Below are positions 52,873 through 64,000 of a DNA stretch of 64,000 nt, one piece after another (positions within the stretch are counted from its first letter, which is position 1; each line of letters starts with the position of its first letter). A program made the translations under genes and the position numbers. The DNA is from Euprymna scolopes (Eukaryota). The stretch is taken from the NCBI GenBank assembly GCA_053919585.1, contig CM132806.1. The stretch is one strand, 5' to 3'. Under the pieces are notes generated by a model, which did not search any database, was not told where the DNA came from, and saw only the letters and a list, made by a program, of their open reading frames with translations.

Positions 52873-54353
52873 TAGTGTCGACAAAATAATCCGCTCTTGT
52901 CATTTTTCAAAAACTGTAAATTTAAGCTAAATTGACTGTAACAATTTAAACAACCTATACCTCACTTATTTCTCGTTTATTCTTCTATAATTTTACGTTC
53001 ATATTTGACGTTTAATCGATATATCATAGTGTTCACGTCAATTTAAAATATTAACTTCAAATCGAGAAGACAAAAAAAAACTCCGCAGCAACAAATAAGC
53101 TTAAAACTAGCTTAAAATATCCACCTTTTAGGAAACAAAGCATCTCTAATCGTAATTGTTGTTGTTCTTAGGTTATACAACGTAACATTTAGTCTATATG
53201 ACTCGCTTTCCCTTAGTGATCGTCAGGAGCTCATTAATCTCTACCTTTCTAGTTTATCAAATTGAGAAATCGGCTGCAGGTTGAAATGTGATAAGTAAAC
53301 GGTACGAATGACTGTGAAAAAGCACCAAAACACCGACAGTGTTCGTCATGCCCCTAAATCTGGTCGTCCTAGAGTTACTTTTTATAGGAAAGACAATGCT
53401 ATTAGGATCCGTAGCATCAGAAACATGTTTGAAACAGCTCCCTAAATACAACAACAGTGTAATATTGTTTAAAAAGAGCTCTCTTTCTACAGTTAAGAAT
53501 AAATTGAAGGGATTTCATTTGCAAGACTGTGTTGCACGACGCAAACCAATGACCTCTTATGAAGAACAGAAAGCGCCGCCCGGACTTCATCGGAGCAATG
53601 AAGATTATAACTCAAAATATTGGTAAAAGTTATTTTTAGCCACCAAGCAAATGCAATTGGCTACGACGAAAAATTTAATCCTAGGTGCACAGTTTAAACT
53701 CTGCAAGGTTGTGAAGATTCAGTTTTAGTGTGGGGAGTTATTAGTGCCAATAGTCCAGGGCTTATAATTCGCTTGCAAGGCCGACTTTATTCAACCAAGT
53801 ACATTAATATGTTGACTGAGTATTTTCTACTTTATTTTGGCCGGAATGTGGATGATAATTTCATCTTCACCCAGAATAATGCTCTCATACACACAGCTGG
53901 CAATATCAAGGGGTACCTAGAAGAGCATAATATTCCGTGTTTGGATTGGCTTGCACAATCTTCAGTCTCCAATCCTATCGAAAGCATATGGCATCACATC
54001 AAAAAACAGCTATGCTATGACGAAATTTCAAATCTGGAAGAATTTAGACAAAAATTAAAGAGAAGTAGGATGGCCTTTCACAGGAGTATTGCTGCAGACT
54101 AATTCAAGAAATGCTCAATAGATTTAAGGCTGTCAAATTGCAGAAGGTCTATGCTACTAAATATTTGAATTTTATTTTTTTTAATTGACATGTACACTAG
54201 GATACTTCAATTAAAAGTCAAAAGGTAAAAATATAGAGGAATAATTGGTCCATTAAATAAAGTATATGTTTTTAAAACAGTTACATTACATTTAGCTTAA
54301 ATTTTTGGTTTTTGTAAAAATAAAAAAATGTGGACATTCTTTCTACATCACTG
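52873..54353 (+). mobile_element. Decayed Tc1 (DD34E) transposon
   Basis: TIR-like ends (TAGTG...AAATTTAAGCTAAAT / ATTTAGCTTAAATTT...CACTG); ORF 53728-54102 encodes VWGVIS, FTQNNALIH and NPIESIW. Confidence 0.8.
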
Positions 54354-54544
54354 ATACATACATTATCTATCTNNNNNNNNNNNNNNNNNNNNNNNNNNNN
54401 NNNNNNNNNNNNNNNNNNNNNNNNNNNNNNNNNNNNNNNNNNNNNNNNNNNNNNNNNNNNNNNNNNNNNNNNNNNNNNNNNNNNNNNNNNNNNNNNNNNN
54501 NNNNNNNNNNNNNNNNNNNNNNNNNNNNNNNNNNNNNNNNNNNT

Positions 54545-54818
54545 AACAGACTATGGATACCCACGAAGGGGTGCCTGCGCGTGAAATTTTTTGTAGTAGG
54601 AGGTGCCCAGTCTCAAACCACATATCTCCTGAGTCGACATTTTTAAATGACAATGGCAAGTGAAGTGGATGTACAAGACGACTGGAAACAAATGCCGTAA
54701 GAGCACATACAGCGCCGAGAATTCCCAAATGGTAACCATCTGGTATTAACAGGGCTCAACGTTGCTTAACTTCGATGATCTGAGGAGAACCGGTGTGTAA
54801 ACGCGATTATGCCGTATG

Positions 54819-54820
<2 letters not shown>
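54545..54820 (-). mobile_element. 5S rRNA-derived SINE-like element
   Basis: Minus strand GGCATACGGCATAATCGCGTTTACACACCGGTTCTCCTCAGATCATCGAAGTTAAGCAACGTTGAGCCC...GCTGTATG is 5S-like; the body is shared with the 1163 copy. Confidence 0.75.
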
Positions 54821-54891
<71 letters not shown>

Positions 54892-55404
54892 TGGAACAAT
54901 AATATTTTCGCAAGTCAGCAATCCTACAGTTGCTGCTGATTTTCTCACACGCACCCCCTATGAATGCGAAATATTAAACGATAAGCAGAAGTTAAAAAAA
55001 TAATAACAATTGNNNNNNNNNNNNNNNNNNNNNNNNNNNNNNNNNNNNNNNNNNNNNNNNNNNNNNNNNNNNNNNNNNNNNNNNNNNNNNNNNNNNNNNN
55101 NNNNNNNNNNNNNNNNNNNNNNNNNNNNNNNNNNNNNNNNNNNNNNNNNNNNNNNNNNNNNNNNNNNNNNNNNNNNNNNNNNNNNNNNNNNNNNNNNNNN
55201 NNNNNNNNNNNNNNNGAAGAGAGAGACTTCAATTCCACAAGAGGAGACTTATCTGGATACTGCCAAACTCAACAATTATTATTGGAGCTTATACTAAAAG
55301 ACAACAAGATTATGAAATGAAGACACAAAACTATATATTGGTAGATATAGAATGGATCATTTATTGAATAACGGAATACAAGCAAAATTTGGGGGATAGA
55401 AGGG

Positions 55405-55453
55405 ACTCTTTATGCCAGGGCATTTCGAAGCCAATGTTTCTCATCAGAAGAGT
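55405..55453 (-). ncRNA. Type I hammerhead ribozyme (third family)
   Basis: Minus strand: ACTCTT-CTGATGA-GAAAC(ATTG)GCTTC-GAAA-TGCC(CT)GGCA-TA-AAGAGT. 6-bp stem I, stem II with one mismatch, AUA cleavage triplet. Confidence 0.8.
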
Positions 55454-56326
55454 AGAGAAGGTGCTAGGTAGCATGGGGAAGATGCGGCGTCTAGCGAAGT
55501 GTTCATTAGGGACGAAAAAGATTAAGAGGAATTATAGAAGGTTGGGGGAAGCTTTATTGAATTCTAAATAAATAAAGGAGAAGCTTGTTATATATACTAT
55601 GATATATAAGATTGTATATCGTCTTTAACATAGTGTTGAGTTTAAGGGGAATATGTTTTAGGGTTAAAATTGGAAGTGTATATATATATATATTGGTTGA
55701 AACAGAAATGTTTTTAAATCATGAAATACAAAATTTTCTGAAAATAAGAATTTTTCGTCAATCGCGTGGAATATGATATCGTGCGTTTATATTCATTTTA
55801 GGTCATGCAGGTATGAACTCGTTTATGGATGTTGGCATCCACTGTCGCAGCAAGTCTCTGCCTATTTCTTCAATTGTAAGACGAATATTTTCCTTTAATT
55901 CTTAAATGTCAGGTGGCTTCTTTTCTGTTAAACACGTTTCGTAACATATCTTTATTGGAAAAAAATATCACATTTGGACACGTTCGGGAACCGGGAAGGC
56001 TATAGATTTTTAACAAATCTGGGAATAAGCCGTTGGCCAAAACATTATCGGAGAACGTCTATTGAATTCCTGGCGGTTGTATGCTGTCTCTCCTGCTGAA
56101 AGGACAAATGTTATGTTGAAATTCGATTCTTTCTAAACTCGTACAGTATAAATTATTGATCTTCTGGATGTCATGTTCTGGGTTTAAAATGATAGAATTT
56201 AAAGCATTATCTTAAAAAGTAAGATCCAATTCTTTCAGTTTCTCTTATAGCACGATGTGATATCCAATTACTTTATGGCTCTGCAGAGACTTTTCATGCA
56301 GTTTTTTTAAGGATTTTCTTCAGCTA

Positions 56327-57547
56327 CGAGGGCGTGCAATAAGTAATGCCCCTGACCCATTTCTAGTTGTCTGACTAGCTGAAATTTTGTATGTGCAATG
56401 ATTTATATCTCTACGGATTATGTGGCAAATGACAGCTCTAAAGTAATTATGGTTTCTGTTTTACATGTGTTTGAACTGAGTCGGGTGTGAAATGGAGCCT
56501 GTTGAATGTCGAGCAGTGATCCGGTTTTTATATTTGAAAGGACGCACAGCACAGGAGACTTTTGATGAAATGAAAGAAACTTATGGTGATAATGCCCCAT
56601 CATATGACCTTGTAAAACGCTGGCATCGTGAATTCAAACATGGCCGGAAGTCTGTGGAAACAGCTCCCAGTCCTGGTCGCCCCCTTTTGCCATTGATGAG
56701 GTATCTGTCCGTCAAGTTGAGGCTACCATTTTGGAAGATCAGTGCATTACTATTCGCCAAATAGCCTAAGATGTCAAGCTTAGTATAGAGTCTGTGGAAA
56801 CTATCAGTCATGACCATTTGCATATGCATAAGGTGTCTGCCAGATGGATCCCCAGGTTGCTCACACCATTTCAGAAGCGAGCACGATGCTGAGTCAAAGT
56901 TTTTCAAAAGACTGATTACACAGGATGAAACCTGGGTCCATCACTATGATCCTGAGAGCAAAGCCCAGTCAATGCAGTGGAAGCACTTGAACTCACCAGC
57001 TCCAAAGAAAGAAAGGGTGCAGCCCTCCGCTGGCAAGGTCATGCTCACAGTCTTCTGTGACAAAGACGGAGTAGTGACGACAGATTTCCTGACAATGAAT
57101 GCCACAATTACAGGAGCCTATTATGCTTCACTTTTGAGGAAATTAAGGGAAGCTATAAAAATCAAGAGGCGGGGAAAAATCAGCAAAGGTACCCTCCTCC
57201 TGCAGGAAAACGCTCCGATCCTCAACACGCATGTCGCCAGATCAGAAGCACAGGCATGTGGTTACGAAATCCTTCCCCATACTCCCTACTCACCTGACCT
57301 TGCACCCTCTGACTTTCACCTTTTCCCAACCATGAAGTTGTTTTTGAAAGGAAATCGTTTCCCAGATATTGCAGCCTTGATTTCTGAAGTGTTCTACAAA
57401 AACGGTCTCCAGAGCTGCATGAAACGATGGGGGAAATACATAACTCTGGGTGGTTCATATGTAGAGAAAGAATAATAACCGTGCCAAGTTAAATTGCTCT
57501 ACTGGCATGGGAAGTGGGTCAGGGGAATAACTTAATGCACACCCTCG
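56327..57547 (+). mobile_element. Near full-length mariner (DD34D) transposon, inactive
   Basis: TA|CGAGGGCGTGCAATAAGTAATGCCCCTGACCCA ... TGGGTCAGGGGAATAACTTAATGCACACCCTCG|TA TIRs with TA TSD. Confidence 0.93.
56492..57475 (+). pseudogene. Frameshifted mariner transposase
   Basis: HTH N-terminus (ORF 56492-56764); TQDETWVHHYDPE, LLQENA (second catalytic D changed to E) and YSPDLAPSDFHLF (ORF 56810-57475). Confidence 0.9.
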
Positions 57548-58022
57548 TAAATAACGACAGTTTTGTCGATTCACTGTTCCGTATAAATGAAAATGAGCTT
57601 CATCACTTATTAAAAAATGAGTTTGCCATTTGATTCGGAATTCTCTTTCATCTGACGTTCAAAGTAAAGGTTTTGTGTGATGGATAATCTGTAGAGATGG
57701 AAAGGGAGCTTTTCATGTTAGATGCAGCTTGTAGAGCGAACATTAATTCAACGGGCAGCAGAATGTTTCCGAGTAGGTTATTTTGGATTCTTAAGAATAG
57801 CTTCTAAAATGCGTTCCACATTGTGTGGGTCTCTTTATTTTCCTTGATGCCCCAGGAAGGTTTTTTTTTCAGTTTGTCTTCTGTGTAAAGAGAACAGAAC
57901 CCAGTTAAAAATTGTGTATTTTCATAGAACCGCCTGATGTCGAATTAGGTTTAAATAACGACGAAATTCTCTTTAAACAGACTCGTTACTTTTCGCGATG
58001 CTGTCGTATCCAAATACCTTAG

Positions 58023-58367
58023 GCCCTGTCGGTGGGGCATTAGAATACGCCGACTGCCCCCCTGCAGAGGGTAAAAGTCCCTCAATGGGGGTCCTGGATA
58101 TGACCTTAAACTATATCCAGTGGTGAGGCCCCAGCTTGTGAGCTTTGGGGAGTGTGGAGCCACCCTTTAATTACCATTGCTCCCAGGTCCACTCTGACCC
58201 GGAATGGTAGAACCTGTTAGGGTCCCAACTATGGGTTAAATAGAAACCGACGTGAAAACAACAAATATATTCTATTAAAAAGATTTTTCTTCAAAATCTT
58301 TCGATTCGGCATTAAATAACCCGAAAAGGGTTGATATGCCATAAAACAAAAACAACGAACCAACCAA
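58023..58367 (+). mobile_element. GC-rich short interspersed element with (CAAC/AAAC)n-like tail
   Basis: Sharp GC-rich island starting GCCCTGTCGGTGGGGCATTAGAATACGCCGACTGC and ending GGGTTGATATGCCATAAAACAAAACAACGAACCAACCAA, like an RTE-type SINE/LINE tail. Confidence 0.5.
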
Positions 58368-58541
58368 AGACCGTATGTTTAAATGTCAACGTTTTGAACT
58401 TTTATCTGAAAAAAAAAATAATAATGCATCGCAAAATTATAAAATAGCATGTTCCCCCCCCCAAAAGTTACCTATTTAGTGCATTTCTAATAATATAGGA
58501 CAGATTAATAGCTATTTCAAAAAAAACTGTATTTATGACAC

Positions 58542-58620
<79 letters not shown>

Positions 58621-58840
58621 GGTTAAGAAATTCCAACGANNNNNNNNNNNNNNNNNNNNNNNNNNNNNNNNNNNNNNNNNNNNNNNNNNNNNNNNNNNNN
58701 NNNNNNNNNNNNNNNNNNNNNNNNNNNNNNNNNNNNNNNNNNNNNNNNNNNNNNNNNNNNNNNNNNNNNNNNNNNNNNNNNNNNNNNNNNNNNNNNNNNN
58801 NNNNNNNNNNNNNNNNNNNNNNNNNNNNNNNNNGTTCTGC

Positions 58841-58897
58841 TGTCATACTGATGAACTGCGGTACGGTGAAACAAATGCCTGTGTAATATATTGGACA
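58841..58897 (+). ncRNA. Degenerate type I hammerhead candidate
   Basis: TGTCATA-CTGATGA-ACTG(CGGTA)CGGT-GAAA-CAAATGCCTGTG-TA-A-TAT(ATTG)GACA. Core and stem II are good, stem III is eroded, and there is one extra nt at the cleavage site. Confidence 0.5.
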
Positions 58898-59356
58898 ATA
58901 TACAGGATTCATATAACCAAGACTCTCTGCTGTTCCTTTTCAATTAAAAAGGTTATGCTCATAATGTTCATAACTGAACGTCAGATTATGTTGGTTCCAT
59001 TAACCATATCAGTTGTCCCAAATCGTATTTTTATAAGTTTTCTAAAGTAAATATATTTATATTGACTAAATATGCAGCAATAAAATTATTTTACAGACTT
59101 TTTAGTCGCAATACGAAACAATATCGTAATGGCCAACTGTGAAAAATTGATATTTGTTAAAGGATGAATTCTTTTACTGCACTATATATGCTGTGGAACC
59201 TAATAAAATACATTTATTGAGCTTGGACTTTTCTAAATCTACAAAAATGATATAAAACAGGTCTTAATCATTGTAAAAAAAAATATGTATGAGAAAGATT
59301 TTTTTGCCATATACGATTGGTATATACAAACAGAGTACGTTTCAAGTAAATTAGTG

Positions 59357-59420
<64 letters not shown>

Positions 59421-59549
59421 CTACTTAATTTACTCACATAAAATTAATATACGAAAGTATAGATTTATGCGTAAACTTACATATTTACTTCAAAACTGTT
59501 CAATACGTAGGTAGAGCTAGTTAGTAATTTATAAAATATATATGGCGAT

Positions 59550-59602
59550 TAAGCTACACTGAATATTCGGCGTTTCATCAACTCTAGGACTCCTCAGGCT
59601 TA
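59550..59602 (-). ncRNA. Type I hammerhead ribozyme (second family), intact core
   Basis: Minus strand: TAAGC-CTGAGGA-GTC(CTAGAGTT)GAT-GAAA-CGCCGAATATTCAGTG-TA-GCTTA; GUA triplet. Confidence 0.8.
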
Positions 59603-60305
59603 TGCGCGAATTCTGTGGTTGTTTATCGTTTTTATATGCTCCTCTTCTATTGAGATTTTAGTAAGCCAATCAGCTTTCTAGTATCCACCACGCTCTTCCT
59701 ATCAGCCAATGGGCATGCATTTTATCGGACAAAGGATCTGTTTTAAAACTAGGTTAGTGNNNNNNNNNNNNNNNNNNNNNNNNNNNNNNNNNNNNNNNNN
59801 NNNNNNNNNNNNNNNNNNNNNNNNNNNNNNNNNNNNNNNNNNNNNNNNNNNNNNNNNNNNNNNNNNNNNNNNNNNNNNNNNNNNNNNNNNNNNATTCATG
59901 TTTATTTAATTTATTTATTTGTTCATTTTCTATTGTTTTTGTTAGTTTTTAAACTATTTTGTATCGCTACCCTAGAGTAAATTTTAAAACTAACAAAAAC
60001 AATAGAAAATGAACAAATAAATAAATTAAATAAACATCAATATACATAAACGATCACACATATATGTATGTATATATATATGTATATATATGTGCATATA
60101 TGTATGTACACATATGTATTTATATATAAACTAACAATAAAAAAACACACTAACCTAGTTTTAAAACAGATCCTTTGTCCGATAAAATACATGCCCATTG
60201 GCTGATAGGAAGGGGCGCGGTGGATACTAGAAAGCTGATTGGCTAACTAAAATCTCAATAGAATACGAGCATATAAAAACGATAAACAACCACAGAATTC
60301 GCGCA

Positions 60306-60358
60306 TAAGCCTGAGAAGTCCTAGAGTTGATGAAAGACCGAATATTCAGTGAAGCTTA
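60306..60358 (+). ncRNA. Inactivated mirror copy of the 59550 hammerhead
   Basis: TAAGC-CTGAGAA (G8 to A)-...-GAAA-GACCGAATATTCAGTG-AA (U16.1 to A)-GCTTA. Confidence 0.65.
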
Positions 60359-60391
60359 GGCGCCATATATATATATATATATATATATATT

Positions 60392-63300
60392 AAATAACAT
60401 AAATGGCGATGTCGCTTTTATATTTGAGATCACATGTGAGTAACGCAAACTCTATGCAAATTAGTTTAGGCAAGATGCATAAAAAGCCGTAAAAGAACGA
60501 CCGGCAAATGGAAAGACATCGTATTATACGAACAGACGGGTGTGTTATCAAGATTTTTGAAGCTGACTCAAAAGGTTGAAGGCAGAATATAACTGTAAAA
60601 GTTCATTGAAATACATTTTCAAACTTGAAGCCATTCCGGCTTTATATTACCTTTTAGCGATGGAGGGCAAGATTTTTTATATCCGGTTAATTCCGGAGTT
60701 TAGTGGTGTCCCAACTGATATGCCATTATCAAGTGGATAGAAAATGTGTGTGAACTTTGTACTGTGGAAAATTGAGACTGTGAGGTGGGGATCTGGCCAT
60801 ACATAGACAACTTATGACGGAGGAGAAAGCAGACGCAGAACAGATCAAGCGAGTCCGTATAATCGCGTATGCTATCGATGAATTTAATACATATGTCAAG
60901 TTTGTCATTCAACAAATTCGTCCTGATGAGATGGTGGACGAGTTTTTTGCTGAGCTGCGACGCCTGGCCGTTTTAATTTGCGGACCGTTGCCCGAATGTT
61001 GGTTAACGTGCGAAATATGTCAGACGTATGTTGCGTTCTTCATCCAGGATGAAAATGTTGACTCGGACAAGAGCTGTCATGATTGACCACGAAAGCCTTG
61101 TAGAAAATTTGCTTGCTGCCTGTGTTGTGGTCCTAACCAGTTGGCAAAGGACTGTTTACAGAATCGCCAAGAGAGGCCGGAAAGTCCATCATGTTGTTTC
61201 AGAAGCAGTAGCCTTAAAGACATATAGCATCGCAGTGTCAGGGAAACGCTGAAGAGGAGAACGCATTAGTATTATTGCCCTCACCGACCAACTGAACACT
61301 AAAAAGCTACTTTCCATGAAAGTACGTGTAGATGGGCAAGCGTGCACTGCGTTAATCGATTCCGAGTGTTTGCAGACTCTAGTAAATAAAGCCGTGTGTC
61401 GCTTTTGGAAGCGGAACTCAGCAGGAGTACTAACAGCTTACGGAATAACATTGAATTGTCGAGGATACGACAGAATAAATGTAGAGGTTGGCCAAGTTCC
61501 AGCTGCCGACATTGAGGCGTTGGTCGTGGATAAACTATTGGGGATTGATGCAATCAAGAAACTCGATGGAGTTTATTTCACAGAATCAGGCGAAACACGT
61601 TTTGGAGGTTTAAACACATGTGCTACCATCTCGATGGACAAGCCAGACCTTAGCATGACTTATGATCGCAGTAATAAAGAATAGATTGCATTGTGGAAAT
61701 AGGCAAATGGTCATTCCTCCAGTGAATTGAGTAACAATGTGAAAGAATACACAGTGTCTTGCCATGCCAGGGATGCCGATGAGAATCAGATTCAACAATG
61801 GCAGCAGAACGGATGGCTAGTGTGATATTCATAAGAATAACTTGGCCCATCAAAAGCTCGAATTCCCTTAATAGCGGTCCTGCAGGAGCAGAAGCAAAAG
61901 GTGCGTTTATTGCTTGACTACCGAGAATTGAATGCGTTTGTACATGCTTTCACTGCCAATGCAGAATTGTGCGCGTTGAAACTAAGAGAATGGTGACGAC
62001 AAAGACGTTAATGTATCGTTTATGAATCTGCGAAATACATATCTTCAAGTCCATGTCGACAAGGCGCTATAGCCGTTTCAAACAATAATTTTAAGGGGCC
62101 AGCGCCTCTGTCTTACACTATTGGGATTTGGGCGGAATGTGGCGCCACCTATCAAGTATCTCAAAATCATGCGATCAAAAGCGCCACATCAGCATATGTT
62201 GATGATATTTTCATTGATGAAAGTGTAGTTCATGCGGCGCGCGTGCAATAACATTTTTAGACTATGGTTTGGTTTCCAAAGATCTGGTACAACTGAGAGA
62301 AGGAGCCAGAGTTCTTTGCTTGCAAATCTAGAGAAAAGATGGCACTCTTCTATGGAACGAGTAAGTCCAATTCCGGAGATCACTAATGAATTATCCCGTC
62401 TCTGCGGGATACATGTTGCTCACTTCTCCATATATACATTGGTCCGGGTAGCAATTGAATTTATCAAGCGCGTATCAACTGCAGTAATGAAGGGCTGGAA
62501 TGACGGAATCAAAAACGGGTCGCTCTGTCAAATATTGGCAGAAACATTGAGCCAAGTTTGAGAAGTGACTCCCTGTTGGAAGAGACTGGTGTATGGGCGG
62601 TAGAGAAATTTTAGTCTTGGTGGATGCGAGTTGCATAGCCACAGGAGTGGCACTGGAAACGAATGGAACTGTTATTGAGGATACGTGTTGGCTACGTCCA
62701 ACTAACGATGCTTAGCATATAAATCTAGCTGAACTCGACGCGGTACTCAAAGGAGTCAATTTAGGCTTTTCAGTGAGAAGCGACAATGTTACATATGGTC
62801 ACTAATTCGGCGTACGTTCACCGGTGGATTTCCGACACTTTAACTGGGAAAGCACGCGTGAACATGCAGGCAACTGGTGAGACGTTCATCATGCAACTGT
62901 ATGGAACCCTGCAATTGCTGGTGAAAGTATACGGATTGACTATCGATGTAAAACATGTATAGTCCTGTCAGAAACACGCAGATAGTCTCACCGCAGTAGC
63001 GCAAGTGGATGGATCTAAGGAAGGAAATTATACGGACGTACTTATCAATTGACGAATACGATTTAGAGGATAGGGAGAGGCTAATCTATTTGAATTCAGA
63101 TCCGCTTGGCAGTTATTTGATGCTAGTAACCGCTCCATGATGAGATTTTTATTGAAAACCGACTCGCAGACGGAAATACGCTTGAAAGTAAGGCCCGCAT
63201 CATTCTTCTTCGGAGATGTACCCGGCATATATATTACCTCAATGCCCTGTTTATGATCATGGGATAAGGAGGGAGTGTAGGGAAATCGTCGCTAGCGTGA

Positions 63301-63547
63301 GTGTCGTGTTCATTCGCTTTAGGAAAATAAAGCTAAAATGGCGACATAGCTTTTGTATTTGATAATCACGTATGAGTAACGCAAACTCTATGCTATTTAG
63401 TTTATGCAAAGTGCATAAAAATTCGGTAAAAGGAAGGACCAGCGATTTGAAAGACAGTGTGTGATGCGATTATTGAAGCTGAGTAAAAAAATTGTATGCG
63501 AAATAGAACACAACTATAAAACTTAATTGAAATAAATTTTTAAACTA

Positions 63548-63550
<3 letters not shown>
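60392..63550 (+). mobile_element. Decayed Gypsy-like LTR retrotransposon (integrase missing)
   Basis: Diverged LTRs at ~60392-60650 and 63276-63550; polypurine tract GGGATAAGGAGGGAG|TG. Gag zinc-knuckle remnant (CFR...HIASQC), protease ALIDSE, RT KVRLLLDYRELN and YVDD, RNase H VDAS..TGVAL and INLAELDAV. Confidence 0.85.
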
Positions 63551-63601
<51 letters not shown>

Positions 63602-63720
63602 TTTATTTATACAAACATTGATGGCTACATATGTGCATACATGTTTCTGTAATCACCCGCGTTCGGTGATTACGTCTTCATGCCAAGAATATATATATAT
63701 ATATATATATATATACATGC

Positions 63721-63751
<31 letters not shown>

Positions 63752-64000
63752 CTAGCATGAATTTCTGGCGTTGCCCGGGTGTTTGGAGGTGTGTGTTGAG
63801 CAAAATAAAAAATGGTAGTAGGAAGGCAGGCTCGAACCCGTACCGCGAAGGAGGAAAAGAACGGGGGAAAAACCTGACGTCTTCGCCGCTACGACCACTG
63901 CCAAACGGGAAGTGATGTAGGTTTAAATTAGGGTTAGACAATCGAAAAGAGGGGATGACTTTCGAAAATATCGGTGAAAAAAGCGACCCCTCCCTGTAGA
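63752..64000 (-). mobile_element. Non-autonomous Helitron, same family as 30896-31323 (runs off the window)
   Basis: A|CTAG...GGCGTTGCCCGGGTGTTTGGAGGTGTGTGTTGAGC is nearly identical to the 30896 copy. Confidence 0.8.

Larger units (their letters stand above)
55690..57950 (-). mobile_element. Decayed rosa/DD41D-like Tc1-mariner element interrupted by a mariner
   Basis: The minus strand encodes SDEAHFHLYGTVNRQNCRY | AEENP..LHEK, FQQ...TARNS, PSR.P..SKCDIFF and ELKENIRLTIEEI across the insertion. Confidence 0.65.
59540..60368. repeat. ~820-bp inverted repeat with outward-facing promoter + hammerhead cassettes
   Basis: 59544-59759 is the reverse complement of 60148-60364, and 59894-59952 of 59984-60041; short spacer; TA-repeat flanks. 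Confidence 0.85.

Overview
AT-rich, repeat-dominated eukaryotic (most likely invertebrate animal) genomic DNA with about ten N-gaps and many (TA)n/(GT)n/(GA)n microsatellites. I could not support any intact host protein-coding gene; nearly all listed ORFs are microsatellite or gap artefacts or transposon fragments. The window holds about nine copies of one APE+RT LINE family, several Tc1/mariner lineages (mariner DD34D, Tc1 DD34E, maT DD37D, a rosa/DD41D-like remnant), non-autonomous Helitron/Helentron-type elements, a decayed Gypsy-like LTR element, two probable solo LTRs, three 5S-rRNA-derived SINE-like copies and several satellites. The main signal is RNA-based. At 17021-18541 a near-perfect 284-bp tandem array carries, in each full unit, a tRNA-like Pol III promoter head fused to a type I hammerhead ribozyme (six ribozyme copies), i.e. 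a retrozyme-like element. A related monomer with a different tRNA-like head lies at ~2904-3155. At least six further hammerhead or hammerhead-remnant motifs of other families are scattered through the window, including a pair at the ends of an ~820-bp inverted repeat with CCAAT/TATA promoter motifs. Most of these ribozyme elements end next to (TA)n tracts. All structures were folded by eye and none was tested computationally.
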